Below, in pieces: positions 27,694 to 42,500 of a DNA stretch of 64,000 nt (position 1 is its first letter; the number at the start of each line of letters is the position of its first letter). The notes beneath the pieces are model-generated. The model made no database searches. It had not been told where the DNA came from and worked only from the letters and a program-made list of their open reading frames with translations. Made by a program: the position numbers and the translations under genes. This DNA is from Eledone cirrhosa (lineage: Eukaryota). The stretch lies in assembly GCA_964016885.1 (NCBI GenBank), contig OZ024764.1:21886001-21950000 (forward strand), read 5' to 3'.

Positions 27694-29737
27694 CAGACAC
27701 ATCAAACATGCGGCCCTTTGAAAGCAAACCTGCGGCCCACACAAAGGTTTTTACAGTGCGAGCATGTTTCATTTTCGTAATATAAAATTCAAAACATTTT
27801 CGATACAATTATTTTTTTTGGTGCAATTTTTGTCAACTACTTTTAACTTCCATTAATCACGTGCAGCTCATTAACAGAAAACTTTCTTTCAAAATTTCAA
27901 AAGATTTCGTTTTTGATATGGTTAGTGCTCCTCCAGCTAAGAGAAAAAGGAAAGTGAACGAAGAAGGGCAAGTGTTTCAAGAAAAGTGGGAATTACAGTA
28001 TTTTTGCCCAATGGTGAACAGAAAGATACACTGTTTAATTTGCAACAACTACATCGCCACGCCAAAAGAGTACAATTTAAAAAGACATTATGAAACAAAC
28101 CCTCGATCTTACGATAAATATGAAGGCCCAATGTGTGTTTCAAGACTCAAGGAATTGAAGGTTAACTTGACACAGCAACAGACCTGTTTTATGTTAATTC
28201 AGGAAGAGGATGTCACTTCCGTTACTGCAAGCTATGAACTCAGTCAAATGATTGCCATGAGTGGGAAATCTTACAGTGAAGGAGATTTTGTAAAGCAATG
28301 TCTTGTAAAAACAGCTGAAATTGTCCTGAGAAAGCAGAGTTATTCAAAGACATTTCATTAAACAGGAACACTGTTGCTGAACAGATTAATGAAATGTCAG
28401 GTGATCTGAAACGACAGTTAAAGGCTGTATCATCAAGGTTTGAACATGTTTCTATTGCTATTGATGAGACTCTTGACATCACTGGAATAGTACAGCTTGC
28501 ATTCTTCATCAGGGCCTGTGACAGTGAATTTAATATTTATGAAGAACTGATTGAACTGGTCCCCATGCATGACACTATAACAAGCCAGGACATCTTTGAG
28601 AAGGTCAAACAGTGTCTGCATGGTTTTGATCTGAGTAAACTTGCATGTTTATCTACTGACAGTGCTGCAAATATGGTTGGTAGACATAATGGTGTTGCTA
28701 CCAAGTTACAAACAAAAATAGAAAACTCATATCTAGATTCATCATTTGCGCATTTTCACTATTATTCATCAGCAAAATTTATGTTCAAAGATTTTAAAAT
28801 TGCATCATGTGCTTAGCTTGGTCACAAAGACAGTGAACTAAATCAGAGGCCGTGCTCTCAACCACCGTCAGTTCAGCCAGTTGTTGGAAGATATGGATAA
28901 TCAGTTCACCGATGTTCCATTCTACACAGAGGTCTGCTGGTTGACATGTCACAAAGTGCTGAAAAGATTCTATTTGTTGAAATAATTATGTTTTTGGAGA
29001 TGAAAGGTCAAAACACAGGTGAAATAAAAGATGAAAGTTGGCTCCAACATCTGGCTTCTTTTGTGGATATTACTGCACAATTAACTGATCTTAATTTGAA
29101 ATTACAAGGTAAAAACAAACCCATCACTCAGTTGTATGATGACATCAAGTTCTTCATTAGAAAACTTAGCTTATGGAAGTCTCCGTTGTCAGATGAAAAT
29201 TTAATTGATTTTCTTATGTGCAAAGAGCTGAAAATCACTGCCCATACTGAGTCTGTACTTAGCTTAACAAAAACTTCTCAGAGAACAAGGCTGACAGATC
29301 AACACTTGTCATTTCTGATTAAAGTTGAAACTGTACAGACATTTCAGCCAGGCATACCAAAAATTGTCAACAGAAAGAAGTGTCAAGCCTCAGGACACAA
29401 CACTAAAAATGGTTGAATAGTAGCAAATAAATGTTCAGTTTTCAACTGTTGTTATTTGTGTACAATGTATTTGTTGCTGTTACAATCTGCAAGTATATGT
29501 TGACATGTTAAATTTTAGTTTTTTGTCAAACTACTTCATTACTTTGTATTCATGAATGCTGCTAAAACATTTGTATGTACATTGTATGTTTCTAAATTTA
29601 AGTAACAAATCTTTCTGCAATATATTTTATTAAATGACTAATAAGTTGTCGTGTACATAATTAGTTGTAGTGTGCAACCCTCAGATAACACATGTGACCT
29701 ATGTGGCCCTTGGGGAACCCTCAGTTTGTTATGTCTC
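27694..29737 (+). mobile_element. hAT transposon (GTF2IRD2/Charlie/SPIN-like) with both ends, internally deleted, transposase pseudogene
   Basis: 8-bp TSD ACCTACAT at 27686-27693 and 29738-29745; imperfect TIRs CAGACACATCAAAC / GTTTGTTATGTCTC; SIAIDETLDITG, STDSA, VDITAQLTDLNLKLQGK, RTRLTDQHL. Confidence 0.93.
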
Positions 29738-30299
29738 ACCTACATGATAAACACACCCAACACAGGCTGTAATGTGGTTGGTCATGTGAAGGACATCTAG
29801 CTATAGAAAGCTTGCCCGACAATAGTGTCGGAGAACCCTTCAATCATGACAAAGACATGACAACCTTTTCTGTGCACTCAGTAGCAAATGAGACCTTATG
29901 TAAATAAGTCCCAGATCCTTGGTCTGTCTGGGAGATCAGTAGCCTCACTTCAGTACTTACTTGGTTGAAGTAGACTCATTAAACCCTTGCTAGCAGGGAA
30001 ATCTGATGTTGATTTTGTAACCTCAAGCTCTTCTTATTCCAGAGAGGGTCTTGGGGGCAGAGTCCTCAAACACTCCCTCCAACAGGTCCTGTCAGAAGCA
30101 ACCCACTCCAACTGATCTGGCTGGATCTCCCAGAGAGACCAGCCAAGTTCATGGATGTTATGTGACCATCTTGAGGTGGTCATATAGGAGATATGACAAA
30201 AAGCACCCAACCCACACTGTAAAGAACACACAGTCAACATTATAAGGTGGTCATGTAGATGTTACGACAAAAAGTACCCAGCCAACACTGTAAAGTGGT

Positions 30300-31967
30300 C
30301 ATCATCATCATCATCAACATTTAACGTCCGTGTTCCACGCGTGCATGGGTTTGGACGGGGGTAGTTCCACTTGAGGCAAGAGTGATTGTCTTGCTCGCAT
30401 AGGACTGTCTGGCAGGTTTTCTACAGTTGGATGCCCTTCCTAACACCAACCACATTTACAGTGTGGGTCTGGGAGGTTTTTACCGTGTTGCCTACACGGC
30501 CACATTACAGCGTGGACTGTGTGTTATTTTTGTCGTGACACCTACACGATCTCATTTGTTTCGGCCTGGATGGCGCGGCACCAACATTTTCTAAGAGATG
30601 CCCACTGGCTGGAGTAGGTTTTACTATATATTTAGGTAAGGCGGGTCTTCTCTGTTACTGAGTACCGCCAAAGGTCTCGGTCCAGTGACATTGTCTTGGA
30701 GAGGTGTAAGTGTGTGATGTCGGAGTTTATCAGCTCGTCCCAGGTTTTTCTAGGTCTGCCTATTCCGTGACTACCGTCTATCTTTATTGTCCTGCACTTT
30801 GTTATACAGCTATCGACTTTCATGCGCATCACGTGACCATACCAACATAGCCTTCTCTCGAGTAAACAACATCTGATCCCTCTTATCTCTAATTTTTTCC
30901 TTAGTTCGTTTATGCTTTGCCGTTCACGTATATTACTGTTACACATCCAGCGGAGCATGCAAGCTTCGTTCCTCTCTAGTCTGCGTATATCCTCTGCACA
31001 TAATGCCCAGGTCTCACTGCCATGCAGCATTGATGTTCGTATGCAGGCATCGTACAACCTGCCTTTCATTTTTAGGGAGAACCCTTTAGCAGCTAATAGT
31101 GGTATAAGCTCTCTGAACTTTTACCAACCAGTTCTGACTCTAGCTCCAGTACTTTCAGAGCACCCTCCCCCACTGCTGATTTTATTGCCCAGGTAACGGA
31201 AGCTGTCCACTATTTCTATAGAACCCTCTGCGCAATTGAAAGAGCTAGTATTTTGTGGGCACTTGCTGCTACTTATTGCACCAGAGCACCGGCCACATGT
31301 AAAATCTATGTTCTTAGTTAGCTTACCTGTGATCCCACTACATCTTTTATGTACCCATACTTTGCATTTAGGACATAAAATGGAGTTTCTACCTACGCCT
31401 TTCCTACACACCGAGCACGACCATTTCCCAGAAGGGACCGCCGCCTTGTTTTCTTTCCTACAAACTAGAACTTTGGTCTTAGCCAGGTTAATTTTAAGTC
31501 CTTTTGACTCTAGGCCGTGCTTCCATGTTTGGAATTTCTTCTCTAGCTCGGCCATTGATTCCGCTATGAGTGTCAGGTCGTCTGCGTATAGGAGTTCCCA
31601 TGGGCAGCCTGTCTTGAACTCCTCTGTTATAGCCTGAAGGGCAATAATAAATAGTAGGGGGCTGAGAACAGAGCCCTGATGGACGCCAACTTTTACGCTA
31701 AACTCTTCACTATATTCGTTGTTAATTCTAACCTTGCTGACTGTTTCTTTATACATGGCTTGTATAGCCCTCACAAGCCATTCGTCAACGCCTAGTTTTC
31801 TAAGAGCCCACCAGATAATGGAGCGGGGGACTCTGTCGAAGGCTTTCTCCAAGTCGACAAAAGCTAAGTAGAGGGGTTTACCTTTAGCTAGGTACTTCTC
31901 CTGTAGTTGTCGTACTATGAAAAGAGCGTCTGTGGTACTTTTGCCTGACACAAACCCGAACTGCATT
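30300..31967 (-). mobile_element. 5'-truncated RTE LINE (second family) inserted in the 48-bp array
   Basis: ORFs 31121..31996 and 30632..31069 with LYADD and the PHD-like module; (GAT)n tail; the empty site is visible at about 14370. Confidence 0.93.
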
Positions 31968-33454
31968 GTAGGTGACAACAAAAAGAACCCAGCCAAAACT
32001 TTAAAGTGGTCATGTAGGTGTCACAACAAAAAGTACCCAGTCTACACTGTAAAGTGGTTCTGTAGGTGTCACAACAAAAAGGTTCTTCTCTAAAAATATA
32101 TAATTATCTTTTATATTAATGTTAATGATAAAGAATAAATAATATAATAAATATACCACCATAGGTGCTGAGGTGGCTAGCTGCTGGTGTGAACCTCACG
32201 AGATGGAATGGCTCTTCCAGCACATCTAGAACAACATGACCCTCTAATATCTAGTATTTAGTAACAAACTAGACCACCCGGGACCTGTTGGGTCACGTTC
32301 CCTTAAAACTATTTTTTTTAAATCATGTTCACTTAAAAATAATTTTCAAATAGTTAAAATATAGACATATATATATAGACACATATATACACAAGCATTT
32401 TATTAAACATCACCACCAGCTCTCTCTCTCTCTCTCTCTCTTCCCCTTTCCATCCATCTCCTTTTCAATCCACACTCTCACAACCACTATCTCTTTCTCT
32501 CCCTATATTTATCAAGGTACCCAGAAAACCCCGTATCTTGGGAACCTGTGCTCCATTTTATACAAAACTTGTTTTATTCTTTTCAAAGTATTTCCCCATT
32601 ATGCACTGTTTTAGCTGTATTAAATTACAGACAAGACACAATCACAGAGTTTTAGTAGTGTATAGATAATATAGTTTCAAATTAAAGTTAGTAAACGACA
32701 GTTTGGAGAAATCTGTAACATTTATTAAACATTCTTCAAGTTTGTCAATTCTATAGCACAATAGTTTGTTAGTTAAAGTGTTTAGTTAGATGTTCTACAT
32801 ATAAAGAAGAGAGAATACTTTACCACAAATATTACAGTGGTATAATGATTTTCCCATCTCTACTGGAAAATATTCCTATGTTGATGTAAATATTTCTATT
32901 GTTCATAATTTTACCAAATGTGATCTTTGTCAATATCCAAATATTTTGAAAACTCCTTTGTAAATATCCAAAGTTTAATCAGAATGTAAAATCATCTTGT
33001 AAATATTCCAGACAGTGAAAAAGGAATATGTTGTTATTTATCTCAATTCAGAAGAAATATTTCACCATAATTCACCACAGACTAAACAAGTTTATATCAC
33101 TTGTATGTAACATCTTTCTGTTGTCTTTAAAAGACTCTTTTCTGTCAAGGTCATGTGATATTCTGAAATAGTAGAGAAACATTATTAAGATATTTAGAAA
33201 GTAGAGATACAACAGTGAAAACTTTACTACATCTCTATATTAATAGATATAAACCTTACATGGTGACACAAACACTGCAACACTAACTTACAGGAAAACA
33301 TCTAGTTACTTGATCTAGTTACTTCAATCAGGTGAAGAGATAAACTAGATTGACTTCATTCTCATCAGAAAACAGGATAGACAGATGGTTGGGAATATTA
33401 ACTCCTTTACTGGAGAAGGACGTACCACTCAACATAGACTAGATACTAGGTGTA

Positions 33455-34190
33455 AGATCTAGAGGGACTGACAGATACAAGACTATCTGGAGATAGAAGG
33501 GTTGGAGAGTAAAACATCTCCCTGTTAAATATAAGATCTAGAGGGACTGTGAGGGTGGTACAAGACAACCTAGAGAAAGAGGTAGAGATAGTAAAATATC
33601 ACCCTGTTAAATATAAAATCTAGAGGGACTGTGACAGAGGTACAAGACAACCTAGAGAAAAGGGTAGGGATAGTAAAAGATCTCCCTGTTAAATATAAAA
33701 TCTAGAGGGACTGTGAGAGAGGCTCAAGACAACCTAGAGAAAAGGGTAGAGATAGTAAAATATCACCCTGTTAAATATAAAATCTAGAGGGACTGTGACA
33801 GAGGTACAAGACAACCTAAATAAAGGGTAGGGATAGTAAAATATCTCCCTGTTAAATATAAAATCTAGAAGGACTGTGAGAGAGGTACAAGACAACCTAG
33901 AGAAAAGGGTAGGGATAGTAAAATATCTCCCTGTTTAATATAAGATCTAGAGGGACTGTGAGAGAGGTACAAGACAACCTAGAGAAAAGGGTAGGGATAG
34001 TAAAATATCGCCGTGTTAAATATAAGATCTAGAGGGACTGTGACAGAGGTACAAGACAACCTAGAGAAAAGGGTAGGGATAGTAAAATATCTCCCTGTTA
34101 AATATAAGATCTAGAGGGACTGTGAGAGAGGTACAAGACAATCTAACAAAAGGGGTAAGGACAGTAAAAGATCTCCCTGTTAAATATAAA
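33455..34190 (+). repeat. 82-bp minisatellite, about 9 units, inside an old RTE fragment (about 3 units at 15884-16120 and 51980-52220, about 2 at 10637-10781)
   Basis: Unit TTAAATATAAGATCTAGAGGGACTGTGAGAGAGGTACAAGACAACCTAGAGAAAAGGGTAGGGATAGTAAAATATCTCCCTG. Confidence 0.95.
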
Positions 34191-34372
34191 TTCAGAGATG
34201 TTCTACATGATACATATGATAAGGAGGAGGAGATTGATAGCTATGACATAGAAGATATCTGGAAGTTTCTTTCAGACAGCCTGTTGTGAACCACTGATGA
34301 GATCTGTAGTTGATGTAAGCTGCCAGCCAGATGAATGTTGCCTTGGTGATGGAATAGTACAGTAGATAGAAG

Positions 34373-34739
34373 CCGACCTTAACCCAATTACACCTCTCAA
34401 AGGCAATGACACACGACCGTGACCTCTGGCGTCACGCAGTAATACAGAGTACCCGACAACCCATGGGTGCAAGCTGAAGCATATAGACAATATGCCCCCA
34501 CCGCAAAAAAGCACCAAGCCCACACTGTAAAGTGGACGTGTAGGCGCCACAAAAAAGCACCCAGCACTCACTGTAAATGAGGTTGGTGTTAAGAAGGACA
34601 TCCAGCTGTAGAAATCAAGCCAAATCAGTTCCTGTATGAGCAAGGCATGGTCAGCCAACCAGACACTGCCCACAACAGGACAACCCGTCTAACCAATGCT
34701 AGCGTGGAAGAACGGACGTAAAACGGTGATGATGATGAT
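34373..34739 (+). mobile_element. Unit-specific RTE-dependent SINE insertion
   Basis: TSD GATAGAAG (34365-34372, 34740-34747); (GAT)n tail; empty site in the other units; shorter sister copy at about 48980-49290 (-). Confidence 0.88.
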
Positions 34740-35220
34740 GATAGAAGTTGAAATCTAAAACAACTGAAGAGACAGGAGGGGAACAACAATATCAAATAGT
34801 TAAAATGGAAGCTAGATATTAGGCTTACAAGTTATTGATTTCTGTTGTTATTGTTAAAATCTGTTTAATCTGTGATATGTGAGACAATGTACAGGACAAT
34901 AGAATTAATATCAATGTCTGACTAACAACAACAAAAGTTTTCATTTTATTGGCAGGTTTAAATTACAGAAGTTCCCAAACCTTTACTAAAAATACAAATA
35001 TATATCTTACCTGTTAAAGTATAATAAATGAAAGTTGAATGTGAAAAACTTTAATTTATACAAAATCTTCAAACACTGCTTCAAAAATGGAAACCTGGTG
35101 TTTATGATCCCTGTCATAGGTAAAACCTACAAGGTTGACCCCAGTTTTAGCCAGGATGATGGATCTACACAATTGTTGTTGTTGTTGTAGTATGATGTAA
35201 TGAGTTTGATATTGATACAG

Positions 35221-36185
<965 letters not shown>

Positions 36186-37124
36186 TCAATCACCTCAGTT
36201 TCTCACATAATTCACAGTTTTAATATTTTTCTCCTCGCAAAATATGGATATTTTTCTTCTTTATGTTTATAATATTATTCCTAAAATATATTCCTCCAGA
36301 TATATTTCTATCAACTTTGGTCTTTCTTTATATTTAAAGATGATACAAACTGTTTTGTAGATCTCTTCAAGTTTAATATACGTATAAAATCATCTCGTAC
36401 ATATTCCAGACAATGAAGAATCTAATTTTTCTGGTTTTTATTTGATTAGTTATTCCTGTAATAATGGAAATATTTCTACTCCTGTAGTTCCATCAACTAT
36501 CATTTTTGTCAATATATGAAGATATTACAAAATCATGTGTAAATTTCTTCAGCTATATTTTGTATCTTCTACATATTCCAGACAGCAAAGAATAGAAGTG
36601 TTATTGAGTTTACAAGAAATATTTCACAGTATTTCTCCCATAGATTTATATAAACAAGGTTGTATCTGTTCTGTATAACAGCTTCCTCTAGTCTTTAAAA
36701 AATGGTGTTGATGAAACAACTGATATAAAAGTGTTTTATCCTTTTCATATCAGTCTTTATATTTATCTAAAAACTTTCCATTGTAACTTCATGAGATTGT
36801 GCAAAGTTATGTTCCAAATAGCAGCTTAATACTGAGAAATTTAGTTATATTACTAAATCCCTTCAAAGTGTTGAGTGTTTTCAAAATTATTTGAAAATGA
36901 TGGGTAGTGTCTTTCATTAGAAATGGTTAATGTTGAGGATATGTCTGATGTAACGTGCTCTTTAATGCCAATGTCCTCTGGTATTCTGAAATAATAAAAG
37001 AACATTATAAGATACTCAGAAACTTGTAATACATCAGTACAAATTTCATATAATATTTCTATATTGATAAATGGACTGTAATAAATACTAAGGCCTTCTT
37101 TGGTGAAGAATGTGCTGACTAACA

Positions 37125-38128
37125 TAGGTTAGTTATTAGTGGCAGTAGATTATACTGACTGATAAAAGTAGTTATTAGTGACATTAGATTAAACTGACTG
37201 ATAAAAGTAGTTATTAGTGAGATTAGATTATACTGACTGATAAAAGTAGTTATTAGTGACATTAGATTAAACTGACAGATAAAAGTAGTTATTAGTGACA
37301 TTAGATTAAACTGACTGATAAAAGTAGTTATTAGTGACATTAGATTAAACTGACTGATAAAAGTAGTTATTAGTGACATTAGATTATACTGACTGATAAA
37401 AGTAGTTATTAGTGACATTAGATTAAACTAACTGATAAAAGTAGTTATTAGTGACATTAGATTATACTGACTGATAAAAGTAGTTATTAGTGACATTAGA
37501 TTATACTGACTGATAAAAGTAGTTATTAGTGACATTAGATTAAACTGACTGATAAAAGTAGTTATTAGTGACGTTAGATTAAACTGACTGATAAAAGTAG
37601 TTAATAGTGAGATTAGATTAAACTGACTGATAAAAGTAGTTATTAGTGACATTAGATTATACTGACTGATAAAAGTAGTTATTAGTGACATTAGATTATA
37701 CTGACTGATAAAAGTAGTTATTAGTGACATTAGATTAAACTGACTGATAAAAGTAGTTATTAGTGACATTAGATTATACTGACTGATAAAAGTAGTTATT
37801 AGTGACATTAGATTATACTGACTGATAAAAGTAGTTATTAGTGATGTTAGATTATACTGACTGATAAAAGTAGTTATTAGTGACATTAGATTATACTGAC
37901 TGATAAAAGTAGTTATTAGTGACATTAGATTATACTGACTGATAAAAGTAGTTATTAGTGATGTTAGATTATACTGACTGATAAAAGTAGTTATTAGTGA
38001 CATTAGATTATACTGACTGATAAAAGTAGTTATTAGTGACATTAGATTATACTGACTGATAAAAGTAGTTATTAGTGACTTTAGATTATACTGACTGATA
38101 AAAGTAGTTATTAGTGACATTAGATTAA
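37125..38128 (-). repeat. 39-bp minisatellite, about 25-26 units, ZNF3 intron
   Basis: Same unit as 445-940. Confidence 0.97.
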
Positions 38129-38340
38129 CCCTTTAGTATTTACATTACTCTATATTTACTATTATATTTTCACAGTAAATGCTTTATCTCACATAATATC
38201 AAATCTATGAGATTTTCATGTTATTTATTTTGAGAACAATACCTTAACATAAGTATAAGTGACCAATTACGGCCAGTTTGAACAGAAAGATGTGGGAGAA
38301 GTCTTGCCAGATATGGCCAGTTTATATACTAAAGGGTTAA

Positions 38341-38968
38341 GGAAATTAGGTGTAGAAGAATGGCTTGTGAGAAGCTGTCAGTAAAGTGTGATTAGTGAGG
38401 AATTGAAGGTACAGGTAGGAGTTCATCATGGTTTAGTTCTTAGCCCACTGTTGTTCATCATAGTTCTCCAAGCCATAACAGAGAGGTTTAAGACTGGCTG
38501 TCTATGGAAACTTCTCTATGTAGATGACCAGCTATAGATATAGAATTTGAAATGGTAAGTTCTGAGAATATACTTAGCCAAAACTAAAGTGGTAATGGAT
38601 AGGAGAGAAGACCCTGACCCCTTCAGGAAAGTGGCCCTGCTCCATATGTAGAAAAGGAATAAGTAGAGATAACCACAATGACAGAGACCTAGTTATAATA
38701 GCAGGGGACTTCAATGGTCATGTTGGACAGCTCCAGGATGGATACACTGGGGTACATGGTGGTCATGGTTATGGCTCAAGAAATGAAGAAGGAGTGAGGC
38801 TTCTTGTATTTTGTGATGTAAGTGAACTAACCATTTGCAACACTTCAAGAAACCTACCAACCACCTAATAACCTACCAATCAGGTGAGCACATGAGACAG
38901 ATTGTCTTCTTGCTAGTTAGGGAGTAAGACAGATAGATGGTGTCAAATACTAAGGCATACCCCAGGGA
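38341..38968 (+). mobile_element. Rearranged old RTE remnant, RT piece followed by an endonuclease piece (copy at 55708-56333)
   Basis: VLSPLLFIIVLQAITE...SGKWPCSICRKG, then GDFNGHVGQLQDGYTGVHGGHGYGSRNEEGVRLL...TKAYP; domain order is reversed relative to an intact RTE. Confidence 0.85.
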
Positions 38969-38979
38969 ACAAAGTAGCA

Positions 38980-39338
38980 GGAAACGACTAGATTTGTAGA
39001 TAAAGAAGTGGGAGACAGGATTATCGGAGTTTAGAAGAGCTACACACTTCTCCAGTTGGCTGGGAAATAATTATCTTTCCTTAATTTTATTTCTAGACCT
39101 CTTAGATGTTTGTAATCGACTATTCTTACTGAAAACGGAAACCCTAATCCTAATACTGGGAAATAAAACGTCTATTGCAAGTATCTAAGGGGTCCAGAGA
39201 AAAAATACTGGAAAAGGGGTATAGCAAGAATTCTAAGAAAAATAATTATTCCCACCCAACGTGAGGTGTGAGTAGATCTGTGAAACTACATCTCTTTGTA
39301 TACTTTCACCCTACTTTTTCTACAAATCTTTCGTTTCC
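38980..39338. mobile_element. Foldback MITE with a central AACCCTAA(C/T)CCTAA loop (copies at 56345-56704 and, truncated, 24381-24604)
   Basis: Termini GGAAACGACTAGATTTGTAGA / TCTACAAATCT(TT/AG)TCGTTTCC plus nested imperfect inverted arms. Confidence 0.7.
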
Positions 39339-39589
39339 GTGAGGGTACCTGGTTATTTCAGCACCGAAGCCTCACCTTACTGAGGTGTCAGGTGATACCC
39401 GTGAGGGTACCTGGTTATTTCAGCACCTTAGCCTCACCTTAATGAGGTGTTAGGTGATACCCGTGAGGGTACCTGGTTATTTCAGCACCTTAGCCTCACC
39501 ATCACCCGTTGTAATGCTGCCAGTGTGTTGGCTTGCCTCAAAGTGTGTAGTTAACCCCTAGGGTGTGAGGTGTGGCCTATTATCACACT

Positions 39590-42500
39590 GTAAATTCAAT
39601 TTATTCACGTTTATAATAATGACACAATGCTTAGAGGAAAGTCATAGAATCACTTCTATCAACACAAGTGGATAAGTTACTTCAGAATGAAAATATAAAC
39701 AGAGCATATAAATAAATTTACAGTAGAATAACATAACAAATATGTTTTAAATATATAAATAACATTACAAATGCCTCGGTAACACTATAAAGGATGATAC
39801 AATGAAAGATAAATTCCTTCAATGTTGCAATATTAAAGAAAATGTAAAGGAAGGGGTGGACAACGGAGCCAACACCAGAGCAAAAGACAGCAACGAGGGG
39901 TACTGGGAACCTCTCTAATGAGTTTTGAGGCAAGCCAGCACACTGGCAGTGTTACCTCAGGTGATAGCGAGGCTGAGGTGCTGGAACAGCCAAGCGCCCT
40001 CGCGATTTCGACAGTTACCTCTATAAGGCGAGCCGCCAGTGAAGAAAGGAGCCTCGCAGTCAGCGGCCCGACTCCCCCAAACGTCTCGAAAGCCACAGGC
40101 TGAAAAATGTAGCTGGTCGACAGATCAGAGTATTTGAGGGTCTTACTCTGCTCGGCTGCCGAAGCTGTGGCTCTCGTCCTTACCGCAGCATCAAGGATGT
40201 GGGAAAGAGCAAAGGAGTCACTAACAGTGACGTCCCAGATTAGGCACCTGCCTCTCGACCAGGGGCACAGGGTAAGGCCGTCAGGTCTTTTGCCGTCACT
40301 TCTGGACAACCCAGATGGTTCCAAGACTGAGGCGATGTTTGCCCGGGCCAAAGCTCTCTTCAGAATAAAGTTTAGCTCCGTGTGACGGGCAAAGTGGCCG
40401 GCATTCAGGCGGCAAGAAAGACCGTGGGGGCCTGTGGAGTCGAGGAGTTAGCCACATCTCAAACCCATGCAGACGTCAGCTCCCACTCTGAGGGTGATGG
40501 AGACATGAAGTTCATCCAGGCTGAGTAGGCCTCCAACGTTGGCCACGGGTAAGGCATCGACCCAGTCACCGGAGTATTTGGCGCTGGCAGATGGTAAGCG
40601 GCACCTTGCAAACTGATCTGAGAGGACAAAGAGGGAGTCGAAGGTGGCATTCCAACGTATCCTGTCCCAAGTTCTCTGACTTCGACTGTCCTCCACCTTC
40701 TCAGGAAGAGACAAGCCCAACTCACTCCATTGCTGGAGAGCTTCACACAACTCCCTGTTGGAACTAGTCCATGTTGGAGAGGAGAGGATGCTGCAAGCTT
40801 GGGTGGAGGAAAGGAAGCAGGGGAGAGAGAGGGACGAACATTTACTAACATTGACCAGACACTCGAGTCTCTCGAAGATTAGGTCGTCGAAGTGTTGGAG
40901 GCAGGATGGAAATCTGTGAGAGGGGCTGACCCTGAGCAGATACAGAAGCTTAGGAATAGACAGGTAGTTCCTGAGTAAGAAGAAACCTTGATGGCGTTCG
41001 ATATCTTCAATATTCCTCAGCAGCGGCTCAAGGCCAACCATCTTCGATTGGATGGTGGACTCGAAGGCCAGGTCTGTGATTGGGGCTCCTAAGGAGCACC
41101 ACGCCGACGGGGGAGGGACCGTGATGGAAGGGAAGGACTCTGCGAACAGGTCGATCAGCTGTTGGTGTTAAGAAGCCGGGTGGTTGAGGATCCAGAGCTC
41201 ACATTTTGAGCTATTGATCTGGAGTCCCCGGCGCCAAGCTCCTCCACCATCCTGTTGGCAGTGGCGAGAACCATATCCGGAGTTCCCCCCAAACAGGCGT
41301 CGTCGAGCTACCAGACATTGAGGTCCAACTCAGCCCCCATCTTGGTGACGTCATCAATGTCCAGTGCGGGGGGGGGGGGGGGGGGGCGGTCCCGAGTGGG
41401 TCACCCTGTTGGACTCCCGAGGCAGAGGTGATGATCTGGTCACTGAAAGAGAGGTAGGAGGGCTCCCGATAAGCCTGCCAAGCAAAGTGGTAGAGTTGTG
41501 GGACCCTCTCTCTTACTGAGCCGAGGACGATGTTATGGCTGACGGAGTTGAAGGCATTCCTGAGGTCAAGTTTGAGGATGACCTTGGGGGATGAGGAGGG
41601 CAAGTTGGCAAATGCTCTGGCAGCGTGGACAGCAGCCACACATCCCAACCTGGTACCCACCCACAGCTGGATGGGGGAAAATTCCTCCGCCACTGAGTTG
41701 GAGACCAACAGCAATCACGCCTTTGCAGTGAGGCGGCGAGGTGTGCAGCCAACCGCAATGCGGCGCAGGTCCCCGTTGGGCTTGGTGAGACCAAATAGCT
41801 TCACACCGAAGAACAGTGGGCGGATGAACGGGAGAACGTTCACTGATTCACAAACTGAGTCAGACTCTCCAAGAGCTCGAGTCCGGCATCACCGGCCGAT
41901 AAGGAGATACCATCCTTGAGGTGTTGAGGACGAAGGACGTCAATTCCCGCGCCTGACCCAGCGGGGAAGGATGAAATTGCCTTTCTGATGATATTGGTGG
42001 TGTAAACCGGTCTCAAGTATTCTGGTGGTTCGGGCCAGTGTTGCTGATCATCTGGGGGTGCTTCTCTTTCAGACGCTCACGAGAGTCAGAGTTGCATGGA
42101 GCAGGGGAGGACAGCCACTTTAATGTCAAATTCGATGAATTGGCATTGACGGCTCGCTTGAGGCCTACCGGTTGTCTGTTGGTGGACACCGAGCTCGGAG
42201 ACGAACTGAGATGAGACGTGGTTGGGGTGGACTCAAACAGCTGGAACTGCCGCTTGAGAGAGGACTTGAGGGAACCCGAGTTCGCATTGTGCACGTGAAG
42301 AGAGATGAGGGGAAACAAAAACAATTTCTGCCAGACTATTGTTGGACGAGCAAACGTTTTTCAGTAAATTAGAGAGGGCACCTGCAAAGCTGTTCCGAGC
42401 TCCCTTAAGGGTCCGGTTAACGAGCTTTGATTTGGTGAAGCCCTGGGGGGGCTGTGGAAAGTCGTCGGTAGAGTGTTGGTCATCCCCACGGAATAGTCAG

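Noticed and set aside
37125-38128. CRISPR-like array
   Set aside because: Units are head-to-tail with no unique spacers, there are no cas genes, and the context is eukaryotic
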